Positions 36,434 through 46,587 of a stretch of 64,000 bases of DNA are shown here, piece after piece; the first letter of the stretch is position 1, and every line of letters begins with the position of its first letter. The notes under the pieces were generated by a model. It was not told the DNA's origin. It saw nothing but the letters and a program-made list of their open reading frames with translations, and ran no database searches. The position numbers and the translations under genes are program-made. The DNA comes from Gemmatimonadota bacterium. Lineage in GTDB: Bacteria; Gemmatimonadota; Gemmatimonadetes; Gemmatimonadales; GWC2-71-9. Location of the stretch: assembly GCA_036679605.1 (NCBI GenBank), contig JAZDCZ010000247.1, positions 63,692 to 127,691 on the forward strand, given 5' to 3'.

Positions 36434-38123
36434 CGGGCTGCTGCTGGTTGCGGCTCTCGCAGTCACCATCTCTTCTTCGGCCTACGCGCAGGGAACCACA
36501 GACTTTCGCACGGTTGCCAAGCTGGACGTGGGTAAGAACCCACATCAAATAACTTTCTCCGCCGACGGGCGGACCGCCTACATAGCGGCTGCCGGATCCG
36601 ACCGCGTCACGATCGTAAATGTCGATTCGTATCAGGTGACCGGATCGATCGAGGTTTCACAAACACCACTCGGCGTCGCTTTTTTGCCCGATGAGTCGGG
36701 ACTCGCGGTCACGCGGTTCGGAGCCAATGAGATCGCGCGCTATCCACTCACCGGGGGAGATGCAGTTGGGAGTTTGGTTACGGGGGGCGCACCTTCGTTG
36801 CTGGTCGGACCTATGCCGGGAGATCGGTACCTGGTCTCGGTTGAGAAATCCAATACACTATGGGTGTTGGATGCCGGTAGTTTCACTCTAGAAGAGAAAT
36901 TCGAAACGGGGAACAGACCGTTTCCCGCCGCCGCCACCTCGGACGGCCGATTGGCGTTCGTTCCCAACTACGACGATGGGACAGTCAGCGCGATCGACTT
37001 GTGGAATCATCGGGTGTTGGAGACGGTGATAGTAGGTGAGAAGCCCAGTGGGGGTGTAGTTCTTCCAGGCGATATCGAATACGCGGTTGCAGTGCGGGGC
37101 GAGAACCGCATTGCCTTCATCAACACTGCCTCACACAGAGTGACCCACACACTGAGCGAGGGTATCGGTGACTCACCGTTTTCGGTGGTGCTGTCCCACA
37201 ATGGCCGGTTGGGATTCGTCAACAACACCGCGAGTGCCGACGTGTCGGTGATAGATATCGCTAACTCAAAGGTCATTGCGCGGATACCGACGGGAGAGCA
37301 GCCCATAGTAATGGCGTCACACCCGGATGGAACAACATTGTGGGTGTCGGCCGAAGGCACACATGAATTAGATATCGTAGAGTTTCCCGAGGAATGGCGC
37401 CGTGACGACGGGCTCCAGGCTCGAGACTCAGGTGAGATTACCGACGTAGCTGTCCTGGGAATGATCCACAGTCGGTTCCGCACAAGCGATTCCTGGGGTC
37501 TCCAACAGTTGCGCGAAACGATTGAACGCATCGACCCGGATGCGGTTTGCACCGAAATAGCTCCGGATCGGTGGGAGCGGATTTGGACGGACTATTCGGA
37601 ACGTCGCGCCATCGAGGACGAACGAATCAAGCTGTTTCCCGAATACACCGACGTGTTGCTCCGCCTCTCTGTTGAAGAAGGCTTCGAGATCATTCCGTGT
37701 GCCGGCTGGACGAAGGAGATGTCGGACCTGCGACAAACTCGGATCCGAGAGTTCAGGACAGATCCGAAGTGGGCTGCCAAGAGAGAAGAGTACGCTGGGC
37801 GCCTCGCCGAGGTCCGGGCCAAGTATTCCCTGCCACTAAACGAGATCGACGACCCTGGTGTCATTCATTCGGATCAATACGATGAGCGCACGCGGGAGGA
37901 ATTGTCACTCTATGATGAATACCAGAATGACCTGATCGGCCCGGGCGGATGGACCAATGTCAACAATGCTCACCTGCGTCACATAGACAAGGCAATCCGC
38001 CAGACGCGAGGCAAACGCCTGCTGATAACTTTTGGTGCGGGGCACAAGTACATGTTTCTAGATCGTCTCAAGACGCGGAGTGATGTCCGGCTGATCGACG
38101 TGGGGCCATATCTGCCGCAGTAG
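36414..38123 (+). CDS. Exported YVTN/YncE-type beta-propeller protein with additional C-terminal domain
   Basis: Signal peptide; repeated VGKNPH, TGNRPF, VGEKPSG, TGEQPI blades; C-terminal VLGMIH...DAVCTE...FGAGH domain. Confidence 0.8.
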   Translation: MMKTTTDGLLLVAALAVTISSSAYAQGTTDFRTVAKLDVGKNPHQITFSADGRTAYIAAAGSDRVTIVNVDSYQVTGSIEVSQTPLGVAFLPDESGLAVTRFGANEIARYPLTGGDAVGSLVTGGAPSLLVGPMPGDRYLVSVEKSNTLWVLDAGSFTLEEKFETGNRPFPAAATSDGRLAFVPNYDDGTVSAIDLWNHRVLETVIVGEKPSGGVVLPGDIEYAVAVRGENRIAFINTASHRVTHTLSEGIGDSPFSVVLSHNGRLGFVNNTASADVSVIDIANSKVIARIPTGEQPIVMASHPDGTTLWVSAEGTHELDIVEFPEEWRRDDGLQARDSGEITDVAVLGMIHSRFRTSDSWGLQQLRETIERIDPDAVCTEIAPDRWERIWTDYSERRAIEDERIKLFPEYTDVLLRLSVEEGFEIIPCAGWTKEMSDLRQTRIREFRTDPKWAAKREEYAGRLAEVRAKYSLPLNEIDDPGVIHSDQYDERTREELSLYDEYQNDLIGPGGWTNVNNAHLRHIDKAIRQTRGKRLLITFGAGHKYMFLDRLKTRSDVRLIDVGPYLPQ

Positions 38124-38955
38124 GCTCGTCGGTCAGTAGTTGTACGGTGGCGCGGGCCCGCTCGGCCCAGAAGTCAGATACGGTCCCCAGCACGGTCTTC
38201 TGCGCAGCGTGTCTTTCAGCCCAAGTTGCGGCCTCCGTTCGTAGCCATTTTGTAGTGCCGGACGGATCCTGGCTGAACAACGAGTCCAGAATCAATTTGC
38301 GCTTTCCCGTTCTACTCCCGAGGTCGAGTGACTGAGCCCCACGTGCCAGATCGTTGCGGGTCAGGATGATTCCGGACCGAAGTGGTACAAGCAGATTCTC
38401 CGAAATACGATCCCAGCCCGCATCATGGTCAAGTATCTCCGGTGCTTCGCGCAAATGCAGCGGCTCTGCGCGCATAGGATACTTCTTTGCCTCGACGGTC
38501 AGAGCGTGCGCGAGAAGATGACTCCATGCCGAGTAGCACGGTGTTGCTATGTCGCTCAGCTTCAGCAGATATGTCGGGACCCAGGTGAGGAGATGCTCCC
38601 AAAGCAGTGCCACTCGGGCGCGACCAAGCGCATCGATGCGGTCGGATTCAGTCTCACTCGCTTCGAGTTCTACAAGCCTAGCGTATAGGGCCAGCAGTGC
38701 CGCCAAGTGGTCCGGCTCGGCTGGCGGGACTTGTCCCAACGCACGCCAAAATCCTGCTACCCGATCGCGTGCCTCACCACCCAACATCCCCTCGGCCCCC
38801 AAGTAGACAGAAGCGTAGGGATAGAGTTGTAGCAAGAAGATCTCGGTGTAATCGGCTGGTGTGGGAGTTTCTGCGAGGCCGAGCAAGGCGGCGACCCGTT
38901 CGGTCTCGCATCGCGGGGGCTCCGCCAGAACGGCTAATGCGCGGAACAGCTCCAT
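38068..38955 (-). CDS. TorD/DmsD-family molybdoenzyme maturation chaperone
   Basis: YPYASVYL, EPDHL, EHLLTW. Confidence 0.85.
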   Translation of the reverse strand: MELFRALAVLAEPPRCETERVAALLGLAETPTPADYTEIFLLQLYPYASVYLGAEGMLGGEARDRVAGFWRALGQVPPAEPDHLAALLALYARLVELEASETESDRIDALGRARVALLWEHLLTWVPTYLLKLSDIATPCYSAWSHLLAHALTVEAKKYPMRAEPLHLREAPEILDHDAGWDRISENLLVPLRSGIILTRNDLARGAQSLDLGSRTGKRKLILDSLFSQDPSGTTKWLRTEAATWAERHAAQKTVLGTVSDFWAERARATVQLLTDEPTAADMAPRRSAGHHSAS

Positions 38956-38961
38956 GGATTC

Positions 38962-41862
38962 CTACCCCAAATTTGGCAACCGGAACGCGTCCTTGCCCGG
39001 CTTGAGCGGTCGCATTAGCCAAAACGGTCTTCTTGTTCCGTTCGGAGAGTTAGCAGTGGCATCCCGAGTCTTTGAGATCCAGCGATCGTAGACCTCGCGC
39101 GCGCGTGCGGTATCGACGGCGATATCGCCGGCTGCATCGTCTTGGTCCGCCTTTCTTACTCGGACAGCTTGATGCCAGCAATGTTGACCGGAAACCGGAT
39201 CCGGGTGTACCGGGAATGTTAGATTTTGATGAACTCCCACATTCGTCCACCAGATTCTGTCGGTATCACCGGCGGCTGACCCAAACGGTTTGGCGCCGGG
39301 GTTGCGTGACAAGCTCCAGTCGGTTTTCACATTGTGCAACTTGGCGCTCGCCATCCCTTCGGGCTCGCTCTGCTGGGCAGGTCTCCAACGGCCCATGTGG
39401 TGGCTGCATGCGACGACACCGGGTCGGATACCTTCGGTGACCCATGCCTTCACGACAAAGTGACCGATCTCGGTTTCTACTCGCACCAGGTCGCCCGTCA
39501 CGATCCCCATTGGGCCCGCCTCAGATGGATGGATCCACAGTGGGTTAGTGTGTGCGATTTCGTTGAGCCATTTCGAGTTCGCGCTCCTAGTGTGGATATG
39601 GACGGGCAGACGGAAGGTCGAAATCAACACTTTCTGACCGGGCTCCAAGTTGTCGGGGTGGATGTGGCTCTTGATGTAGGTCGGGAGCGCGTACTCATAC
39701 CAACCCCACCGGGCGAGCGTCGAGGAATAGAACTCGAGCCGCCCACTCGGAGTAGGAAAGCCACGGAGAACCTTTCCGTCGACACGAACACCGACCGGCC
39801 GCCGTCCGTCACCGTCCGGTTCGGGGCTCCCCTGAGGTGCCAAGTTAGTTGAGGCGGGAACCGGAGTTCTAGTGTAGATACGGCCGGTACTGGTCTCGTG
39901 AATGTCGTCCAACTCATCGGCGGGGACTTCCTCAACGTAAACAGGACCGATGCCTCGCCGCACTTCGAACGCACCGTAACGTCGCATGTATTCGAGCGGG
40001 CTGAGACCCTCCGCTTCTGCTTTGCTCGGAAGACCCGGCACTGAATTCTCGAAGGCATAGGCATAGTATTCATCGATGCCCAACTTCTCACCGGGGTGCT
40101 TCTTGGACTCCACATAGCGCCTGATACCCAACTCTCCATCCGGATCGATGCGCCACGTGAGATCGATCCAGAACTCGTTCTCCTCCCAAACCTCGCCCGG
40201 ATTCACTTCCCGAGTATCCGTCACCGGCTGTCCCAGGCGCTCTTTCATCGCTCGCAACACAGGCTGGCGGAATCCGATCCACTGTGCATCATGGGTTTCA
40301 TAAGAGTGCATGTCGTGCCGTTCGGAACTATGTCCCATCGGTAGAACGTAGTCCGCGAAGTAGGCGGTCTCATTCCACGTGGGTGTCAGGGCAATGTGGA
40401 GTCCGATCAGCTTCTCGTTGCGAAGTACCTCGATCCATGAAAATCCGTCCGGGTTGGTCCAGACGGGATTGTAGACACGGGTGAAGTAGACATCCACGAC
40501 GCCTCTACCTTCACGCAAGAAATGCGGCAGGAGAAACGACAACTCGTTCATTGCGAGGGGATACTCGGTTGGCCAGGTGAGGTCGTTCCACTTGGTTGGA
40601 TGGGGCGGTGAATGGATCGGCTTGGGAACGAATTTGTTCCAGGCGTTGGGATATGTACCGCCCTCGGTAGCCACCGCTCCCATCAAGGCGTTCAGCAGGA
40701 AAATTGTCCGCGCCACTTGCCACCCGCCCTCGTTCCCGGCTGCTGCACTGCGCCAGTTGTGGGTCGAGAGACGTGTGCCGGCGGTGGCGACGGTCTTGGC
40801 GATTTCTTCTAGAGTGTCAGGACTTACGCCCGATTCTCTCGATGCGAATTCAAATGTGTAGGCTGCATAAATGTTGCGGAGTTCGCGCTCAAAGTCTTCG
40901 AACGATTGCTGTTCCCCCGGATGTTCGGCAGCCATGTACTCTTGCCAATTCCACCACTGTCGAACGAACTCTCTGTTGTACGAGCCACTTTGAATCAGAT
41001 AGTTCACAATGGCGAGAAGAATGGCAGCTTCGGATCCAGGATAACTGGATACCCAGAAGTCGGCGTGTGTGGCAGTGTTCGAAAGCCGAGTGTCGAAGAC
41101 GATGAGTTTCGCACCGTTCTTCTTTGCCTCGATTATCCGTTGTGCGTGCGGGTTGAAATAGTGCCCTGTCTCGAGATGGGCCGATACCAGCAGTATCACC
41201 TTTGCATTTGCGTGGTCGGGGCTCGGCCGGTCCATGCCCATCCAAAACATGTAACCGGCGCGCGCACTCGATGAGCAGACGTTTGTGTGTGAATTGTGGC
41301 CGTCGACTCCCCATGCGGCGAGGATGCGCTCGGTGTAGCCGTCTTCACCCGGACGTCCTACGTGGTACATGATTTCGTTGCGGCGATCTTCCTGGATGGC
41401 TTTTCTGATCCGAGCTGCGATGTCGTCGAGAACCTCATCCCATGTGACCTGAGCCCACTTGCCGGCACCGCGTTCGCCGACGCGCTTGAGGGGGTACAGC
41501 AGGCGATCCGGATCGGTAATCTGATTTATTGTAGCCGGTCCCTTTGCGCAATTGCGCCCACGCGACCCAGGGTGCTCTGGGTTGCCTTCAAACTTCCGAA
41601 CCGTCAGGGTGTCTTTGTCCACGTATGCCAGGAGACCACAGGCGGATTCGCAGTTGAAGCACGTTGTAGGCACCAGGGAGTAGCGCCGCTCGACCCGTTC
41701 GGGCCACGACTTAGAATCGAGTTCCACCCAATTGTCCCATTGTTCCTTGGGCGGAAATGATGCGAGATGGATGCGGCTGGGCCCGGGGTAGAAAGTCTCT
41801 CCCCGGTCTTCAACTTCCTGTCGAGCCGCGCTCAAGCGCTTGTTTATCTCACCTAGAGTCAT
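38962..41862 (-). CDS. Molybdopterin-dependent oxidoreductase catalytic subunit (DMSO reductase superfamily)
   Basis: CFNCESAC...CAKG Fe-S motif, RLLYPLKRVGERG, ADYVLP, C-terminal GDLVRVET...GIRPGVV. Confidence 0.95.
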   Translation of the reverse strand: MTLGEINKRLSAARQEVEDRGETFYPGPSRIHLASFPPKEQWDNWVELDSKSWPERVERRYSLVPTTCFNCESACGLLAYVDKDTLTVRKFEGNPEHPGSRGRNCAKGPATINQITDPDRLLYPLKRVGERGAGKWAQVTWDEVLDDIAARIRKAIQEDRRNEIMYHVGRPGEDGYTERILAAWGVDGHNSHTNVCSSSARAGYMFWMGMDRPSPDHANAKVILLVSAHLETGHYFNPHAQRIIEAKKNGAKLIVFDTRLSNTATHADFWVSSYPGSEAAILLAIVNYLIQSGSYNREFVRQWWNWQEYMAAEHPGEQQSFEDFERELRNIYAAYTFEFASRESGVSPDTLEEIAKTVATAGTRLSTHNWRSAAAGNEGGWQVARTIFLLNALMGAVATEGGTYPNAWNKFVPKPIHSPPHPTKWNDLTWPTEYPLAMNELSFLLPHFLREGRGVVDVYFTRVYNPVWTNPDGFSWIEVLRNEKLIGLHIALTPTWNETAYFADYVLPMGHSSERHDMHSYETHDAQWIGFRQPVLRAMKERLGQPVTDTREVNPGEVWEENEFWIDLTWRIDPDGELGIRRYVESKKHPGEKLGIDEYYAYAFENSVPGLPSKAEAEGLSPLEYMRRYGAFEVRRGIGPVYVEEVPADELDDIHETSTGRIYTRTPVPASTNLAPQGSPEPDGDGRRPVGVRVDGKVLRGFPTPSGRLEFYSSTLARWGWYEYALPTYIKSHIHPDNLEPGQKVLISTFRLPVHIHTRSANSKWLNEIAHTNPLWIHPSEAGPMGIVTGDLVRVETEIGHFVVKAWVTEGIRPGVVACSHHMGRWRPAQQSEPEGMASAKLHNVKTDWSLSRNPGAKPFGSAAGDTDRIWWTNVGVHQNLTFPVHPDPVSGQHCWHQAVRVRKADQDDAAGDIAVDTARAREVYDRWISKTRDATANSPNGTRRPFWLMRPLKPGKDAFRLPNLG

Positions 41863-41889
41863 TGCCTATCTCGTTGAACAACAGTTGCA

Positions 41890-43422
41890 TCACGCTAGGG
41901 GCACTGACTGAGCTGCCTGGACGTACGCATGTTCATATGCCAGTAGACCCAGCAAAGCGAGCGGTGCGGCCGCCAAGCCGAGCGTTGGAGCTGCAACACC
42001 ACCGAACATGAGGAATACGGATGTCCAATAGTACATCCGGAATTTTCCATCGGTCATTTCTTTGATGGCAAGCTTGCCATGAGCCGTCGGGTGAGCGAGC
42101 GTGGTCTCGCACAGCACGAGCAATATATGAGTCAGGCAACTGGCACCTAGAATCCAATTGAGGGCGTTGAGCGTGTCCGGTTCCATCCACGAGCTGAAAG
42201 GCATGAGCACTGCAGAGCCGGCCAGCACCGCTTGTACCAACAAGTGAGGAGCCAGTAGCGGGCTCTGCCACAGGTCTCTCGCCTTGGCCTGGGCAAATAG
42301 ATATGCAGTGTAGACCGCTGTGAGAATACTGACCGGCAGTCCCAGAACTACGAGACGTCCGGAAAGATCATCCAAGGACAACACGGTACCAATAAAGTGA
42401 AGTCCCAGTACCATGGAGTACACGGCGATTATGAATGCTCCCTTTACCAACCAGCTCGAAGTTTGGCGGCGGGTGAAGATGAGATAGAACCGCTCGGGGT
42501 GCTTGAGGTCGGCAATCAGGAGGATGCCGGTCAGGCCGAGAAACGCTCCGCCCAAGGCCGGTGCCAGCCACCTCCACAATGGACTCGACGGATCGAGTAC
42601 CCCCGCAGCGACGAGAACGAGTGGAACCAGATAGGCTCCGGCAGCTATCGACTTGGTCCATGTATAAAGGCTGACCTTCCAACCCCACGGTGCTCTGTGG
42701 GGTATGTCGTACGATAGGACTGCCGCAGCAGAGTTGTTCGGCATGGTCGGATGTCCGGACACCACCGATTGTGTGCTGCGATCCTGCTCACTCCACATGA
42801 ACATGTTGCCCGGAGGACGGGCTGCTGCGAGCGGGTCCAGGGTCGCTTGCTGGGCGCCTTTGTAGAATAGCTTGGGGTGGGTCTCTTTTTCCGGTCGCCG
42901 GACTGTGACAGGGTCGCGCCTTATGATCTGGGCGACCGCAGAGTCTGCATCGTTCATGTCACCCACGAGAATCGCTTGGGTAGGGCACACGACCACGCAT
43001 GCGGGTTCGAGACCGATATCAATACGATGTGCGCAGAAGTTGCACTTCTCCGCGGAGTGGTCTTCGGGGTTGATGAAAATGGCGTCGTAGGGACACGCGG
43101 CGATGCATGCCTTACACCCGATGCAAATAGTCTTGTCGAAGTCGACGATTCCGTCCGCTCTCCTGTACATAGATGCTGTTGGACATGCCGATACACATGG
43201 TGCGTCCTCGCATTGATTACAGCGAGTGACCTGAAAGGCGCGGTGTGCATGGGGGAATACACCGACGTCCACGTACTTGACGTAGGTACGATTGACCGAT
43301 ACAGGAACCTCGTTCTCGGACTTGCACGCCGTGGTACAGGCATGGCACCCGATGCATCGGGTGTGGTCGATCACCTTGGCCCAGGTCGGCGTTTGTCGGC
43401 TGGTCGGTACTGTGTCTATCAT
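41890..43422 (-). CDS. Four-cluster ferredoxin (NrfC/PsrB-like) fused to NrfD/PsrC-like membrane anchor
   Basis: CIGCHACTTAC, CNQCEDAPC, CIGCKACIAACP, KCNFC, then multiple TM helices with DLKHPERF. Confidence 0.9.
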   Translation of the reverse strand: MIDTVPTSRQTPTWAKVIDHTRCIGCHACTTACKSENEVPVSVNRTYVKYVDVGVFPHAHRAFQVTRCNQCEDAPCVSACPTASMYRRADGIVDFDKTICIGCKACIAACPYDAIFINPEDHSAEKCNFCAHRIDIGLEPACVVVCPTQAILVGDMNDADSAVAQIIRRDPVTVRRPEKETHPKLFYKGAQQATLDPLAAARPPGNMFMWSEQDRSTQSVVSGHPTMPNNSAAAVLSYDIPHRAPWGWKVSLYTWTKSIAAGAYLVPLVLVAAGVLDPSSPLWRWLAPALGGAFLGLTGILLIADLKHPERFYLIFTRRQTSSWLVKGAFIIAVYSMVLGLHFIGTVLSLDDLSGRLVVLGLPVSILTAVYTAYLFAQAKARDLWQSPLLAPHLLVQAVLAGSAVLMPFSSWMEPDTLNALNWILGASCLTHILLVLCETTLAHPTAHGKLAIKEMTDGKFRMYYWTSVFLMFGGVAAPTLGLAAAPLALLGLLAYEHAYVQAAQSVPLA

Positions 43423-43497
43423 GCGTACACTGTCGCTCCGTTGCCCAGTAATGGATCATAATGTAGCCACTACGCAAGTCTTCATATGGCGGAGCCC

Positions 43498-43537
43498 AAA
43501 AAGGCGCCCCCCCGGCCTATCCGACCGGAGGGCGCTG
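43498..43537 (-). terminator. Rho-independent terminator
   Basis: Minus strand GCGCCCTCCGG-loop-CCGGGGGGCGC followed by TTTTT, just after the stop of 43558..44661. Confidence 0.75.
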
Positions 43538-43557
43538 TCAATTAGTTGACCTAGGGC

Positions 43558-44661
43558 TCAAATGTCGAAGTTGAAAAGAAACTTCACAGGATCGAAGAGA
43601 TCGTCGAACGTATCGAATACATCGCCCATGAATTGCATGATGTCTTCCAAGACGCGTATCTCATCGGTGTCTTCCAAGACGCGTATCTCATCGGCCGAGA
43701 GGGGATCGCCGTTGCCATTCACGACGGTGACGCCCGTAGGCGAGAGCGTTATCGTGGCTAGCAGTGTACCATTACCTCGCACCTCAAGCGTCCCCGATTC
43801 ATCTTCTGTGGCGCCCGAGATAGTGACGGTGTTGCCGCCGGCAGTGAATGACAGATCAACCACCACGCTGGAACCTGCCTCACTCTGCGAGATATCTAGC
43901 GCGAGGCTTATGCTGATGCCGCTCGCTACGATGTCGTAGTCAATGTCGGCAACCAATCCTGCAAACGTTATCTGCAGGGCATTGGTCAGCGTGAAGTCAG
44001 CCCGCTCGGTTCCATCTGTAACGAAGCCGGCAATGGTTAGAGTGGGTGACGTGGGTGGTCCGAGGGCGCCAACGGTGTAATTGATGAAGGTGATGCCCTG
44101 CGAGACCACAACGAGTCTAACCTTTGCCTCAGTGTCGGTGCTCTCGTCGATTACATCGGCGAAGCCAATCTCGTTGAGAGGTTCGACAGGTGCTTCGGTC
44201 AACGGATCGACGGCGTAGAGAATGAACCTGATTCCGGCAGCCGGAGCGTCCGTTCTGGTCTCATCCACTACGTATCCTTCACCCGGTACATAGATCAGGG
44301 TGAGGCCCCGAAATTGGTCGGGGATCAGGACCACCGCGGCCGCGGTCAGCGCGTCGACGATCTGGCGTGCAGCCTGGTTCATCCTGACCGAGAGATCGGG
44401 CTCATCGAGTTGTCCCGGGGCTCTGAGCAGTGCTGCCGAACTGGCCGGAAGAGCGCCCGGAATGGCAAAGTTGGCGCCAAGGCCGGCAAAGGCTCGGAAC
44501 GCCTCGGTCTCGAAAGCTGCGTCTACGACAAGCAGGCCCTGGGATGCCATGTCGGCATCGAAGTTTTGGTCCGATGGTGCGGTCGAATCGTCGCTGCAAC
44601 CCGCCACGGTCAAGGCAAACGCCAGTGAAAAAGTTGCTAAGTACTGATGACGCAATGACAT
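43558..44661 (-). CDS. Hypothetical lipoprotein
   Basis: GGAGG RBS; LTVAGC lipobox; beta-rich body. Confidence 0.8.
   Translation of the reverse strand: MSLRHQYLATFSLAFALTVAGCSDDSTAPSDQNFDADMASQGLLVVDAAFETEAFRAFAGLGANFAIPGALPASSAALLRAPGQLDEPDLSVRMNQAARQIVDALTAAAVVLIPDQFRGLTLIYVPGEGYVVDETRTDAPAAGIRFILYAVDPLTEAPVEPLNEIGFADVIDESTDTEAKVRLVVVSQGITFINYTVGALGPPTSPTLTIAGFVTDGTERADFTLTNALQITFAGLVADIDYDIVASGISISLALDISQSEAGSSVVVDLSFTAGGNTVTISGATEDESGTLEVRGNGTLLATITLSPTGVTVVNGNGDPLSADEIRVLEDTDEIRVLEDIMQFMGDVFDTFDDLFDPVKFLFNFDI
43641..43694. repeat. Perfect 27-bp in-frame tandem duplication
   Basis: TGTCTTCCAAGACGCGTATCTCATCGG twice, encoding DEIRVLEDTDEIRVLED. Confidence 0.95.
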
Positions 44662-44900
44662 ACGGCCTCCATCAAGTGGTATCGGTTGCGCACAATGCAC
44701 GTAAGAGTTGGTTCTTGCTGGGAGTGAAGCTAGTCGATGGCGGGTTCAATCGCGGTGATCTCCGACACGGAGGTTGTGTGCTGGTAGTCCGTAATGCGGA
44801 GCTGCGAAATCAGATTCAGAAAAAGTGTGGACTCCTGGCCACTAGTTTGCTAGCATTCCTCCCAATTAACCCTAGACTCCTAGCTTCGAGCAATTCTTGA

Positions 44901-46307
44901 ATGACTGACATAGCCCACGATCGATTGGCCGAGCCCCAAGAGGCGACGATTCCCGCAGCGGCACCGGCCCTCGCTGATCCCGAAGAGGATCTCAATCCAT
45001 TTCATATCGCGCAGCAGCAATTCGACCGCGCCGTCGCATACATTCCCGATCTGCAACCAGGCCTAGTAGCCTTTCTGAAGCGACCCGACCGCCTCATCCA
45101 AGTTGAGTTCCCGATCGAGACGCATGACGGTACCGTTCGCACGTTCTGCGGTTATCGCGTCGTGCACAGCCGCGTCCGGGGGCCTGGTAAGGGTGGCATC
45201 CGCTACCATCCCGACGTCACGGCGGACGAGGTCAAGGCTCTCGCCTCTTGGATGACGTGGAAGTGTGCGGTTGTGGACGTGCCGTTTGGTGGAGCCAAGG
45301 GTGGAGTGGTGTGCGATCCCAAGAAGCTAACGACCAGCGACATCCGCAAAATCACGCGGCGTTTCATTGCGGAGCTGGGCGACAACATTGGTCCCCACAC
45401 GGACATTCCGGCTCCTGACGTGAACACAAATGCCGGTACGATGGCTCGGATCTACGACACTTACCAGATGATGCATCCTGGTGAGAACAACCTCCCGGTG
45501 GTCACGGGTAAGCCGGTCGAAATGGGCGGATCGTTGGGCCGTCGTGAAGCCACTGCCAGAGGGAGCCTGTTTGCAACACAGCGGGCGCTGGCGCGTGGAG
45601 TAGTACCCGGTCGAGATAGTGTAGACGGTGCAACAGTAGTGGTGCAGGGATTCGGCAATGCGGGTGCCATAGCGGCTGAGCTGTTTCACGAGGCAGGCGC
45701 CAAGGTAGTGGCTGTCAGTGATTCGAAAGGTGGCATTTTCCTGTCGAGCGGGCTCAAGCCTGCCGACGTCATCGATCACAAGAGACGCACCGGTTCGGTG
45801 GTCGGGCTGCCCGGAACCAAGGCCCTCGACAATAGGGAACTACTCTGCCTGGAATGCGACATTTTGATACCGGCAGCTCTCGAGAACGAGATACGCGGTG
45901 ATAACGCCGCGGCTGTCAAGGCAACGCTGATCGTCGAGGCCGCCAATGGTCCCACCACCCCTGCGGCCGACAAAATACTGTTTGCCAAGGGCATTCCTAT
46001 TTTGCCGGACATCTTGGCCAATGCAGGCGGGGTCACCGTGAGTTACTTCGAATGGGTACAGAACATCGAGAACGAGCGGTGGGATGAGGAGCAGGTAAAC
46101 GCGAAGCTCAAAGCAAGGATGGAGCGTGCTACGAACGCAGTTATCGATGCTCAGCAGGAGATCAACGGATCGCTGGACGCGCTCGATGATGGACGTAGGG
46201 AGCTGTTCAACGATCCCCTGACTCCCGTGGATCTTCGGACGGCCGCCCATACGCTAGCGATCAAGCGTGTTGTCCAGGTCACGATGGAGCGCGGAATCTG
46301 GCCGTAG
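44901..46307 (+). CDS. gdhA: Glu/Leu/Phe/Val dehydrogenase (glutamate dehydrogenase type)
   Basis: GPGKGGIRYHP, MTWKCA, GGAKGG, DIPAPD, VQGFGNAG, EAANGP, ANAGGVTVSYFEW. Confidence 0.92.
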   Translation: MTDIAHDRLAEPQEATIPAAAPALADPEEDLNPFHIAQQQFDRAVAYIPDLQPGLVAFLKRPDRLIQVEFPIETHDGTVRTFCGYRVVHSRVRGPGKGGIRYHPDVTADEVKALASWMTWKCAVVDVPFGGAKGGVVCDPKKLTTSDIRKITRRFIAELGDNIGPHTDIPAPDVNTNAGTMARIYDTYQMMHPGENNLPVVTGKPVEMGGSLGRREATARGSLFATQRALARGVVPGRDSVDGATVVVQGFGNAGAIAAELFHEAGAKVVAVSDSKGGIFLSSGLKPADVIDHKRRTGSVVGLPGTKALDNRELLCLECDILIPAALENEIRGDNAAAVKATLIVEAANGPTTPAADKILFAKGIPILPDILANAGGVTVSYFEWVQNIENERWDEEQVNAKLKARMERATNAVIDAQQEINGSLDALDDGRRELFNDPLTPVDLRTAAHTLAIKRVVQVTMERGIWP

Positions 46308-46587
46308 CCGACTGAACCCAACCGCTCCGCCGTCGCTCAGGGCAAGCTCCGTTTACATTTCGGACCGTTGCCCCGTGCCCGTTTCCATATTTCAGTCGAG
46401 GCGCTCTTCCAGAGCTGTGGTGTGATCTCACTTGGGGCGCGAACTTGTCGAGGCCTCCTGGTGTTTCAACATGTGAGAGCGGGTCACAGCCCGTCGAGGC
46501 ATTGGGGGCTCCATCCGTCTGGGGTTCTGGGCCGCGGAGAAAACGCGACGGCGAAACGAGGGTAGTTCCACGAACAAAGAAACAGAT

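Noticed and set aside
38962..41862. Selenocysteine-containing formate dehydrogenase
   Set aside because: The frame has no internal TGA and I could not identify FDH-specific active-site residues; left as a generic molybdopterin oxidoreductase.
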